Shown: piece after piece, positions 39,730 to 51,955 of the stretch | Numbering within the stretch: the first letter of the stretch is position 1 | How the letters are laid out: the number at the start of each line of letters is the position of its first letter | Assembly (NCBI RefSeq): GCF_006345805.1 | Contig: NC_043016.1 | Location: 20,150,001 to 20,214,000 of the forward strand | Reading direction: 5' to 3' | Origin: Octopus sinensis | Taxonomy: Eukaryota | Length of the DNA: 64,000 nucleotides | Program-made: the position numbers and the translations under genes | Notes under the pieces: model-generated | What the model was told of the DNA's origin: nothing | The model's database searches: none | Seen by the model: only the letters and a program-made list of their open reading frames with translations

Positions 39730-39959
39730 TAAGGTGGTGAGCTGGCAGAACCATTAGCATGCCGGGCGAAATGCGTAGCCGTATTTCATCTGCTGTTATG
39801 TTCTGAGTTCAAATTCTGCCGAGGTCGACTTTGCCTTTCATCCTTTCGGGGTCGATAAATTAAATACCAGTTACGCACTGGGGTCGATGTAATCGACTTA
39901 ATCTGCCTGTCCTTGTTTGTCCTCTCTATGTTTAGCCCCTTATGGGTAATAAAGAAACA
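39730..39959 (+). mobile_element. Full-length tRNA-derived SINE (tail A)
   Basis: Same family; perfect TSD GATATTAAAACATG at 39716-39729 and 39960-39973. Confidence 0.9.
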
Positions 39960-40945
39960 GATATTAAAACATGAATTAGGCTTCATAACCTGGAAGCTCA
40001 GGTTATGCATAACCTGGAAGCACAGGCTGTCGAAGAAAAACCTAGTGCCAGCGGCAGCGGTCCAGAAGGCAATGAGTGGAAGAAGAAGTGGTCGTGGTGC
40101 TCTTGGAAGTGGCTATGCATGGGGTAGGGTTATGGCTGGCAAAATGAGTGGTAGCTGTACTGGCATCCGACCCTCATCTTGTGACAGGAATGTACCAGAC
40201 AACTAAGTGGGTTGTGTCGACACTGATTTAAAGAGTTTTTGGTGCTTCATAAAAGTTTGCGAGTCAGACAGGAAAGAAAAATAGATTACAAGGTGCCTAT
40301 GTCGAAGTTGTATCGTCTTGCATGTCCAAATGCCCACCAAAGAATCTGGGTGTACGTATTTTGTATCAACTTGTGGAAACCAAAATAATTAGTTTCGTAT
40401 GCAAGTTTATGTGAATTAGTATATTAATAACAAATGAGAAAAAAACAAAACCTTACAATTTTTTTTTTTTATTAATACTCAACAAAGGGTCGGTCGTTAC
40501 TCAAAGGCTGAAAGTTTCGTTCTTTCTACCGATTATTCAAAAAAAACAAAAAACGTTTTGAGTTTTATTTTTTCCGTCTGCATTACCAATTATATATATA
40601 TTTATATACACACTCGCATACCAAGTATATGTTTAGTAAACTTGTAGAACGCTGTGTTTATTTTCATCTCGGTGACATTCCATCTTTCCTGTGTATTACT
40701 GTCCTGGTGTCAAAATTGAAACCTCATATAGGCTGTACTATTTATTTATAAATGGTCAGTCGACCAGTATAGTTTGGTCGCAAATTGATTCATCAGGCAG
40801 GAGACAACGTAAATAAATCCGAATCTTAAATATTCAGCAGTTTTGTTTACCATAGTCGGAATTCTCTGCATTTTAAATTGATTCAATAAAAGGAAAAATT
40901 GTTATTCACTTAGCTGTCCCATTCATGCAGATCGTGAAGTATAAT

Positions 40946-41076
<131 letters not shown>

Positions 41077-42077
41077 TTCGTGGTAGAATTCGAACCTATA
41101 TATAATGTATTGGTTCGGAGTATAATATATATTAACATTTAGCAGAAGTATGCGTTGGCATATGGGCATAAAAATTATCATGAACAATTTATTTTTTAAA
41201 GAAAGTATTATTCTTGTTAACAAATATCCGTTTTCTTTTTAAAGGAAAAGGCTTCACCTCATAAAAAGCATTCACAGAAATACAATTTTGAAAATAAGTG
41301 TGTGTGTGTGTGTGTGTGTGATTACACAACACAAATAGGCGTATTTGGTTAGTGGCTTGAATGGAATTCGAAAACTGTTCCAAGTTACCTATCGCTCAAT
41401 TAAAGTAATTATAAAGAACTTTTTCGAATTAGATTATAATTTTAGGTCATAAGAAATAATACTATATACATAACGCATATTATATACGAAAGCTTGGTAA
41501 ATAAAAAAAGTCAAATTTTTTATATGCGAAACAAACGATATAGACATTTAAAAAAAACATTTAGCAAGAACCCGACAATGTGTCGGATTAAAACACCCAC
41601 AGCTTTAGTGGAATGTTACAAGCAAAACAAACATTTACCAATATTTACTAAATTGTAGGTACTTGTGTACATACAGAAATGCATATTATTTGCTCCATGA
41701 ACCTATTACAAAATATTTAAAAGAAACAAATAGCAAAAGAATTTAGTCATATAAATAAAACAGTGAAATACAGAAAAAGAATATAAATATACAAACACCG
41801 TTTCTCTTTTTGGAAAGAGTTACGAAGTAATTTGGAAAGCAGCAAAATTATATTCTTCAAAAAAAGAACCAAAATTTTTGGTAAATAGCTTTTATAAACA
41901 GGAACCAGTCTAACTTTTATTTATATATATATATATATAAGTAGATAAATGGTACAACAAGGCACCAATATTTATTTATTTATATATATATATATATATT
42001 TCATATGTTGTTCGTTTCGAGGAATTTACAATGTAACATTTGTCTATTTTAAAAGTAAATAAATATTTACGCCTTAC

Positions 42078-42560
42078 CTTCATTTGGGCAACTTTGAAGG
42101 GAATAATTTCGTAGTGGAAAGAGTTAGCAAAATGAACATTCAGCTTAATAAAATAGATAAGCTCTAGATAAGTGTGTGTATATGTATGTATGTATAGTTG
42201 CCCGCTCTGATGCCACAACAACAGCTCCAAGTGAGAACTGACGGAACGAAAGAAGTGCGTATATCGTTAATGGAAGAAAAGAATTAATGCCGTGGTGATG
42301 ATAGTGATGGTGGTTGTGGGGGACATGGCCATAGACGGAGGGGGGAGAGGAAGCGGCGGCGGAATTGCAGCAGACGTAGAAGAGGTGACGGGGTAGCACG
42401 CAGAGTAGTGGTGACGGTATATACCGTCACAAACAAGGGGAGGAAAGAGGAATGGCTTACACACACGAGAAGCAGGCGGTGGCGGCGGCGTGGCCATACA
42501 GCTTTCACACGCACATGCAAAATAAAAGCGTGCACTAACATGTTCGCCGGAGTTTACAAA
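42078..42560 (-). promoter_or_regulatory. Candidate promoter and first exon of the Hv gene (GC/CpG-rich island with strong donor)
   Basis: This is a conspicuously GC/CpG-rich non-TE segment (GGCGGTGGCGGCGGCG) in AT-rich surroundings. A minus-strand donor ATGAAG|GTAAGG sits at 42078/42077, and the next Hv exon begins with an acceptor at 26691, so an upstream exon is required. Confidence 0.5.
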
Positions 42561-42904
42561 CAAAAGGAGGGGGGGAAAAAAATGTAGTTTATTTATTGTA
42601 GATCTGACTCTATCACTTATCAGATATTACATATTTTCATTTAATTTACAAAAAAAATACAAAATACTATATATATACACTTAGATATATTTATACAAAT
42701 ACACATGGCGTTTAACCCCCGGTCAGGCCCTATTAATCAGAGTACCTCTATGATCAGACAATCCAACGACCACTGCCTGTGGGTTCCATAACCTCATGAG
42801 TACTTCCCATATTTTTTGGTGAGGTAAGGTATATTATTATAACTGTTTAAAGACGGTATGATATATACTGGACTACCGTTTTTAGCATGTGTTAACCTCT
42901 AAAG

Positions 42905-43150
42905 CAGTGGTTGTTAACCATTTTTTTTGCCTACGGGCCCCTTTGATTCCTATTTTACTGAAGGGTGGATCCTCATAGCCAGTCGATGTCTAAAAACTCC
43001 TATTATATTTTTACGATTAAATATTATTAGGTATTATAGAAAATGTTTAAATATTTTGTGTAGAAATATTCGTCATGTAGGCAACATAAGCGGTTTATAG
43101 CACATAAATTTTAATAATAAAATCATATATGGACCCCGGATGAGAACCTA
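42905..43150. mobile_element. Degenerate hAT-like non-autonomous element
   Basis: Starts CAGTGGTTGTTAACC and ends GGACCCCGGATGAGAACC, resembling CAGTGGTTCTCAACC...GGTTGAGAACC termini with internal GGACCCC/GGGCCCC motifs. Confidence 0.45.
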
Positions 43151-44056
43151 GAATCTGCAGACTCACAGCGTCATACGCAATAAACCTTCGAGTCAGCTGC
43201 AGCAAAAGATTTATGTATACGGGAAGAACAATGGACGATAAATATTTCTTGTTAGAAATATTAGTATTTTGCTATATATATATATATTGGATATTTTCGC
43301 TTATATAATTATATTTGTTAAAAGTCTGAGGTTCTAATGGACTTTAATAAGTTAATTTGTAGTATTTAAAACATTTCCCATTTTATCTGCCAAGTTTCAA
43401 TTTTCACATAACTAATTGCAATTGTTATAGTTGTTTAGGCTGCTACACGTCAGCCCTAAAATGCCTCCAAGAATGCATTATTCAATGTTTTCGTCTTTGT
43501 TATTCACCACTACCCCCTTTTTTTTTCGAGGGGGGCGATAAAATAAAGTATCAGTCAAATACTTGGGTCGATGTAATTGACAAACCTCTCCCCCGCCCCC
43601 CAGGTTTCAGGTCTTGTTACTATATAAGAAAGAATTATTATTGTTAAATGCGATAGGGTGAGATTTGAAGATAAGATTGCTGTTTTTAATAGGTCGAACG
43701 ACCATCTGGAAGTCTCTTCGTTTGTACTTACACACATTTCCATTGATAACAATAAACTTTTAACAAATTGTGAGAAATCATTTCTATCATTGGCTTTATA
43801 AAGAATAAATAAATAAAACAATTAAAGTTATTGGTGTTTTTCATTTATATTTGTTTTGTAAAAAAAAATTTGTGTGTAATTTTATTAAATTTATTTATTC
43901 ATTTATTTCATACCACAATTTAATAATTTTTAAAAATCTTTGAAACTCAGAGTTTTATCTTGACTATTGAGTAATGTAACATTATTTTATAGATAAATTT
44001 CCTCCATTTACATAATATTGAGGTCTCTTTCTTTCTTTTGTTATCTTACCGTTTTA

Positions 44057-44122
<66 letters not shown>

Positions 44123-44188
44123 ATACACACGTACACACGCGCGCACCTACATACAAATACCCTATCTAAATTCGTGTTATCGGCACTC

Positions 44189-44221
<33 letters not shown>

Positions 44222-45075
44222 CTATGTATGCGGAATATCTATTGTGTTTGTAAATATAGGGTGCCGCTTAGTTTATTCGTCTACGTGTAACTTATCTAGT
44301 AGCTTACCTTGACAATTGTTTACGTGGGTATGCCTTAATAGATTTTGTACCGACAAATCTTTTGCAAGAGATAAAACGCAAAAATAAATTTTTTTCTTTT
44401 TTTGGTTTAACTGAAAATTGCTGATATATTTTAAAATTAAGTTGTTCGTATTGCAACTTTAGCGAGTTTTGATGTAGGAATTGGAGATTTGTTTAGGCTG
44501 TGTGTCGTTCCCATATAAAACCAAGTTTTCAATTAATCTGTTGTTGCTCGTGTTGTCATTTTTCTCACTGGAAGTCATTAGACCATAGAGCGCTGGGATT
44601 TGCACTTACATAGCAAGGACTGTTGAGCACATTTTATAAAAATGAAACTGCCATGCACACATAAAAAGCAAAAATTAATCCAAATATATTCTTAGTATAT
44701 ATAATGGTGGCAAGTTTTACATCATCTGAAAAGTCATTAGTTGAACTATTAGTCCTCTTGCATTCTGGGGGGTATCGGAGCGTTTGAGTGACATTAGAAC
44801 CCAACAAACGCCCATAAATTAAATGCATCTGTCTGGGCCATGATCGTGACCCGTCGCGCTTTACGTGCTAATGATTACTAGGGAGTGTTTATGTGCCAAT
44901 GTTCGGGTAATAATTTCGCAACACAGAGCAAACATTTGAACATGATTTATTGTACGGTATTAGTATGGAAAGATGTTCAGGAGTGGCAATTAATATAAAG
45001 AAACAGTTGGGTGGAGATAAGTATGTGACCTGCAAAGAAAATGTTTGTTCAAAGTTTAACATCTGGACTGGTTTG

Positions 45076-45387
45076 GAGGGCTAATGCAGTTTCGCACCTC
45101 TCCTGGGAAAATGCTTTTTTTTTTTTTCTTGAAAAAATTTGCTTATTGAATTTTAAAGTTTCAAAATGTGGTTTCATGCATATCCGGAATCTCGTTCATC
45201 TAAAACATAGGGGGGAAAAAAATTCCAAAAAGGTCAAATTTTTAAATGGGTATTAGGAGTGGTGGTTGTTGGGTGTAATAAAAAATTTTTTTTGCACATT
45301 CATAATCTCCAACATCTAAAACGTAGGAAACTGAAAAAAGAAAAAAAAAAACTTTTCAAGGAGAAGCGCGAAGCTGCATTAGCCCTC
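45076..45387. mobile_element. MITE with 29-bp TIRs
   Basis: GAGGGCTAATGCAGTTTCGCACCTCTCCT (45076-45104) versus AGGAGAAGCGCGAAGCTGCATTAGCCCTC (45359-45387), 3 mismatches. Flanks are TGGTTTG / TGGTTTT. Confidence 0.85.
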
Positions 45388-46302
45388 TGGTTTTAACATA
45401 TTAAGCAAATATACAGGTGCCGTGTCATGTCTGCCTCAATCGATATCCTGTTAAAACAGCTTGGGAGAACATGCAGTTCGAAACTTGACCCAAGACACTC
45501 AGAAATTGATGAGAGATGAGTCCATCACACTGGTTCAAACATTTCGAACCTAATAGATGCCTGTATTGATTTATAAGCCTTGCTCATGGAAAGTTCAGTA
45601 AATGATTGCGACAGCTCGTTCTAAAGTGGCAGAGGTAAAACTGAATTTCTCAAGAGTTAGGATTGTCCGTGGTTATGGTCAAGTGGCAGTACTACTAAAA
45701 CTGATGTTTGGAAGTACCAAAGTGGTAGTTGAGTCAATATGTTGTCTACTGACAATGAGACAGTGAGTCTGTAACATTTTCAGCTGGCATAAAACGGTCG
45801 AAGTTGGTTGAGCAGCAATTTGTTGAATTCAGCAGGTTACAATGACAGACTTTGAGTTCCTGTTGCGTGTCTTGGCTGCTATTTCTCAGTTGATTAATAA
45901 ACGCTGTCTGGAGATGGTGTCATAGATGATGAAAAAGTGTGGCAAATTGAAACCCAGTCAGAGATTAAACTGATTCTAATTTCTGACAACAGAGCTTTCC
46001 AGGTGCTGAAAAGATGACTTAAAATATAAGATTAAGGACTTTTGCATAAGTGAAAAAATCATTTTTGGGAACTACACCTGGACTGCAAGACCTTTCACCT
46101 TCACATTGGTTGATTTATGAGACTGGGCTAGATTGAAGGATGTCAAAAATAGAAATGAGGCAAGTGAAGATGAAAAGACACTGGCTGTTATTGAGTTTGT
46201 CAAGGTTGCTAATTATAGCCAGGTTTTTCTGAGTCTTCTGCTATTTCTTCCATTCTTTTACGTTTGGGTTCAGCAAATGTAACTTAGGTTATATGGTTGG
46301 AT

Positions 46303-46456
46303 ATTCCTTTCTACTCTAGGCACAAGGCCTGAAATTTCGGGGAGGTGCCAGTCGATTAGATCAACCCCAGCATGCAACTGGTACTTAATTTATCGACCCC
46401 AAAAGGAAGAAAGGCAAAGTCGACCTCGGCGGAATTTGAGCTCACAACGAAATACC
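46303..46456 (-). mobile_element. 3' part of the host SINE (tail B), separated from its head at 52136-52183
   Basis: SINE body ending in ...CCCCGAAATTTCAGGCCTTGTGCCTAGAGTAGAAAGGAATAT. The outer TSD TTA(T/G)ATGGTTGGAT is at 46289-46302 and 52184-52197. Confidence 0.85.
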
Positions 46457-46824
46457 AATTTCTTTATTACCCACAAGGGGCTAAACACAGAGGGGACAAA
46501 CAAGGACAGACATAGGTATTAAGTCGATTACAATGACTCCAGTGCGTAACTGGTACTTAATTTATCGACCCCGAAAGGATGAAAGGCAAAGTCGACCTCG
46601 GCGGAATTTGAACTCACAACGTAACGACAGACGAAATACCAATTTCTTTATTACCCACAAGGGGCTAAACACAGAGAGGACAAACAAGGACAGACAAACG
46701 GATTAAGCCGATTATATTGACCCCAGTGCGTAACTGGTACTTATTTAATCGACCCCGAAAGGATGAAAGGCAAAGTCGACCTCGGCGGAATTTGAACTCA
46801 CAACGTAACGACAGACGAAATACC
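46457..46824 (-). mobile_element. Two tandem 184-bp headless SINE copies (tail A)
   Basis: Units 46457-46640 and 46641-46824 each run from GGTATTTCGTCTGTCG to ...GTGGGTAATAAAGAAATT on the minus strand. Confidence 0.9.
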
Positions 46825-47073
46825 AATTTCTTTATTGCCCACCGGGGGCCAAACATAGATATGGACAGTACAACTGATGGGATCAGTGAATCGATATGAT
46901 TTTACATAAATGTGACATCAAAAATAAAATACAATACATAAAAATCGAATGGAATACACAGTACAAAAACAATACAAATGAAGCGATGATCAAGTTACGC
47001 TCCGATCCCACAAGCCCCGATCTACCGCTGATACCTTTTTATTTTTCCTTTTTTTTTTTTTTTCCTCGTCTAT

Positions 47074-50000
47074 TCACACGGTTCCTTGCACGCACAACAC
47101 TCGTGCAACATACTTCCATCTCTTTTGGAACGTACACTCTGACAGACACCTCTTCTCCAGCCACAGTTTCCTTTTCAAATGAAAAGAAAAAAGGATCGTA
47201 AATTGTCACCAGAGATAAAGTTGCCTGTCTTAATTCTTTTATCCTAGTATTCCATACAGCCTCTTTTGCTATTGCTACAACCGTGAGAAAACAATTCTTA
47301 CCTTCGTTCGTTAGAACTCCCGGTGGGTCAACAGATGTTCAGCATAAGCCCACATTTCAGTTATCTCCGGACACTGAACAATAGCGTGAGGGACGGTTTC
47401 CCTGTCCCCACCGCATCTTGGACAGGTCGGCGACTGACGTTTACCATGTCTTGCGAGCTTATCCCAAACGGGCAAGGCACCTCTGTAGCATTGCCAGGTT
47501 AAGGACTTTTGGAAGTTGTCCAACGTTCTCAACCCGAATGTACGATGAAACAAGCTGTCCAGTTGAATAAATCCGAGACCTAGAGTCGACCCCAGGCCAT
47601 CGTCGCATTCAGACTCTACCAACCACTATATAAAATCCGTGTGGAACCCCCACCGCTGGCGTTGCCGAGCGCCGGAACAGCAAGAGGGCCTTACGGCACT
47701 CTTTATGCCACTCACTCGACCTCGGTCTACGAGAACACCAGGCTTCCTGTTCGCAAAAACTCTTGAACTCAGGGAACATTTGTCTGGCCAGCGGAGACCA
47801 CACCCGTTCACTATCCAGGAGAATCCAGAGGTGCCTCAACCTCAACGCATGTCTGCGCATCATTAACCAAGGCATCCCTAAACTCCATTTAAAGGCTTTT
47901 GACAGCAGACAGAGCGTTTCACAAGTGGCGACCTGCCCTTCCACAAAAAGCGAAAGAGCTGTCTCTCCAACCTGATCAACCACGAATCCGGACAGGGCAC
48001 GACAGTCAGGCGGTAGGTAATGACCGATGCGATAAACACATTGGCCACTTCCGCCCTCCCTTTCAGGGATAGCCACCGCCAAGACCAAGTCTTGACTACT
48101 GCAGCCACCCTGCTCAATACCTCCGTCCAGTTCTTCTCTATCTGGAGGCCTGGTCCAAACCAGACTCCCAGCAACTTAACCGGTCCCTCCGTCCAGCGCC
48201 TAACAACACTGTCTGAAGGCATCGACTTGCCAACCCAGGTGCCGAGCTGCAAGCCGACCGACTTTTCCCGGTTAATCTTTGCTCCTGCTACCTCCTCGTA
48301 AGCCTCAATAGTCTTACCTACTTCACGTAGGCGTACCACTGTGGTTACACTGATAGTGATATCATCCGCGAAAGCCGTAACAAACTCCTCTAGTCCTGGT
48401 TCTCTCGGGATGTCACTCAACCTTTGCAGTAATGGCTCGAGAGCCATCACATACAAAAGTGGTGAAAGCGGACATCCTTGACGAACCGAGCGTCTGATGC
48501 AGAACGGCTTCGAAAGGAAACCGTTCACCCGAACTATCGAGTCAATGTTGTGGTACAAAGCGATAAACCACCTGAGGAAGCCAAGGCCCAGGCCAAACCG
48601 CGCAAGTACAGTCGCTAGGTATCGATGGTCAACCCTATCAAAAGCTTTAGACTGGTCCAAATGCACCAATGCCCCACCTTTGCCAGATTTATTACCAAAC
48701 CTCTCTATGGTATAGCGAATAAGATGGAGGGTATCCTGAATGGTTCTGCCTGGGATGGCACATGTCTGTGCCTCCCCGACTATACCATTCGCGACACGCG
48801 CCAACCTTTTTGCTAGAACCTTGGCCAAAATCTTCACTTCTGCGTTTAACAGAGTGATGGGCCTGAAATTCTCTAGAACGTCCCCCTTGTCCGGGTCCTT
48901 TCTGACCAACGTCACTACTCCCCGGCGCACAGATCTGGGGATAAACCCATTCTGTTTCCAGTTCGCGTACACGTCAGTCAGTAGTTGCCCGAACAAGTCT
49001 GGCATACATTTATACAGCTCGTACGGAAGACCATCAAGTCCCGGTGACTTACCCGCTTTACAATCGGCCAAAGCCTCCATCACCTCCTCAAGTGTGATTG
49101 GCCCTTCGCAAGACTCCGCATCCGACCCCGAGAGGCACGGCAGCCCGGTAAAAAGTCCTCGAGGGCTCTCCCACCACCAGGACCACCGTCACCCCCGAAC
49201 AGCTGGGCGAAGTACTCCCGAAAGACCTCACACATTTTCTCGGGTTCGTTTATCAAGACACCATTTTGATTCGTCAAAGACCGAATAGAGGAACTATTTC
49301 CTTGCCGAGCTTCCACCACTCGGGCCCATCCAGCGGCTTTGATTCCTTCACTTCCCATTGCACGTAACTTAGCTCTGGTAATACTTCCCATGTGGTGGGC
49401 TTCAAGATGCTGGTTTAACTCCAGTCTTTTCACCCTCGCTTGGTCTGTATTACCAGTCCTCCAGGCTTCTTCTAGTTCCTTAACTAGACCATCTCCTATT
49501 TTACGTCCCTTCTTAGCTAAACTTATGCTAACCTAATAGACTCATATTTGATGGCTCTTTTTAGGGCGTACCACCATTTGTTATTAATGATGGTACCTGT
49601 TAATGCCCTCTGTATTAACATCTTGATCCGCTTTCTGTACTCCTCAATCGCCAAAAGGGACGTATTGAGTTTCCAGTAGCCAGATCCCTGTCTATGCAAC
49701 TTATCTACCGTCAGTTTACAGGTAACCATCTTGTGGTCACTGTAGCTGACTAGAAAAAACTGTGGACACTCAACTATGGACTTATCTTTTTCTCTAATTA
49801 AAATCCTATCTAGATATGTTCTGGTAGACCCGTCACTATTGACCACGTCCACTGTGGAGTGTTCGGGTGCTCCAACCTATATGGATCTGCTAGCTGAAAT
49901 TGACTTAGCAGATCCCGAAAGCCTGTGTTACATTTTCTGTTCATGTTCGAGTTTGAGCCAACACAATCTGTGTGTGCTGCACATATTGTATTAGAGTCTC

Positions 50001-50417
50001 CTAACACTACTAGTGAATGCGACGTGGCTAGGAACTTTCCTAGGCCACAAAAATATTCAGTTTGCGGGCCAATAATGTTTGGTGCATAAATAGCGACCAG
50101 CCTGATTGTCTTGCCACAACTGAATGTCAAGTCGAGAACGACCAGCCTGCCTTCTGGGTCAGAAAAAACCAACTTTTTCTCGGCTACCCGGTTTCTTTTT
50201 AGTAGGACCAACACCCCACCCCCACCTCCCGCCCGACTCGGAGAAACGTATTTCTCGTAGCCGTTCAGGAGGGGAGCAGATCTCTTGGCCCCTTCACCCG
50301 GGTTTCCGTTGCAACAATTACATCCAGATTTCTCGACCTGATGTCATTCAGAAAGCGTCCTTGCTTCCAGCTTGACAACAGGCCATGAACATTTAAACAA
50401 CCAATGTGAATAGCCAT
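47074..50417 (-). pseudogene. LINE ORF2: AP endonuclease, reverse transcriptase and C-terminal CCHC (frameshifted as assembled)
   Basis: Starts MAIHIGCLNVHGL...DVIVATET. APE motifs: AIYAPN, VLGDSN, YLDRIL, YSDHKMV, GYWKLN. RT motifs: GKSPGLDGLP, NFRPITLLN, LDQSKAFDRVDH, SVRQGCPLSPLLY, AFADD. Zinc finger CPRCGGDRETVPHAIVQC; stop at 47076-47074. At least 6 frame changes. Confidence 0.9.
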
Positions 50418-50428
50418 CACTTACCTGT

Positions 50429-51955
50429 TTAATTAGGATTGTCCGGTGGAGGGGGACCCTCCACCTTTTTTTTATCCAGGGTCGGAGGTGGACGGTCTTG
50501 GGAAATAGATTTGTCAAAATCCCGTCTCACCACCGACACAGAATTATCAGGTGGAGGGGGAATCTCCACCTTTTCCTTTTCTCGCGGGATCGGAGCTGGT
50601 AATCCATGAAATATCGACTTGTTAAAATCTAATCTCAATGAAGATACAGTCTTTCTGTACTTATTTTGTAGAATTCTATAAGTCTTATTTGAGACTTCAT
50701 ATATGTCGTAATTGATAAATTCCTCTGAAAGGTTATCAATTTTTTTACAGTCTTTATGAGTTGAATGTCTCTCATGAGCTCAGTATCTTTAGTGTATACG
50801 GCTATTATGCCTTTTTCTTCTTTTTCTCTTCTGGCAGTCTTTTTTGGTCGTTGTTCTGTAGTAGTCGCCGCTCTCGGCTGGGTTGCTGGTTGTATTTTTC
50901 TTTTGTTTGTTGTTTTTTTTCTCATCTGTTTCTTCTTTATCTTCTTCCTCTTTGTCTTTTTTCTCCTCTTCCTCCTCTTCTTCATTTTCCTTGCAGTTCC
51001 TTCGAATGTGGCCTAATTGACCACATAAAAAACATCGAGGTTTTCGGCCCTCAACAAACACCACGAGGTTCTCCTCCCCTACCTCAATTGTCTCAGGAAT
51101 TGTTTGAATTATTTTAGGGTCCGCTTGAATGAGAAGATTAATTGTTTTACCATCCCAGCGTGGGTTTTCCGTAGCGGTAGCCTGGAGGAGAGTAATTTTT
51201 TCTACCTCTTTGATTAGGACTGCCGCCAACAACCACATAGGTTCGACCTCTGGCGGGACCCTTGTAATTTTTATTCGCGACGTCCTCATCCCCATATAAT
51301 AGGGTATTAACTCCACGTCGTTCGTTTTCAACGTTTCCACTGAGTTCTTGTGTGCTATTTCTTTATTGGTGAACCTTACTTCCACCGTTCCGAATTTTTT
51401 TCCTCTCTCAAAATACTACGTCGCCCAATATTGGCTTTAAGCACTTTTCTATTTTCTCTTCTGACATTCTTTCAATTTTTCTATTTTGTAGACATATGTT
51501 TTGAAAATTATTGTTTTTTGCTTTTCTTCCTGTAATAACTTTTGCGGAGGTTCAATTTTCACACTGTTGTCATTTATTTCCATCATTTTGCTGTATTTCA
51601 TAATTTCGCTTTTATTCGTCGACAGTATCTGGGTTCCACCCCCAGCAGCCAACGCAAAACTTTTTTTTCCATTTTTTGGTTCTATCTGGATGCTAGGCAC
51701 ATCAATTATTCTCTTCGACACAATGCCTTTGTTCTCTGGCAAAGTCGGAAACTCTTCTGGTGAAAGTTCTGACGAGCTCTCAGACACATCTCCAAAAATA
51801 TCAAATATATTATCCTCTCTGCTATTCCTTCTTGTAGCGGGGGAAACCCCTATTTCCTTGTCTGTAGTTGGCTCCTCGCCGGACATGTATTTCCTCCTCT
51901 CAACAGGAGAAACAAGTATTTCTGCTCCAACGGTAGGCTCCATGCTAGACGACAT
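50429..51955 (-). pseudogene. LINE ORF1: gag-like nucleic-acid-binding protein (frameshifted as assembled)
   Basis: Zinc knuckle VEGRKPRCFLCGQLGHIRRNC (CX2CX4HX4C) is typical of Tx1 ORF1. It also has an acidic/basic low-complexity tract and a duplicated Pro-rich C-terminus. First ATG at 51955, stop at 50431-50429. Confidence 0.85.

Noticed and set aside
42820-42832. Plus-strand GAG|GTAAGG as the first exon of a divergent gene
   Set aside because: No downstream plus-strand coding exons could be identified in the window.
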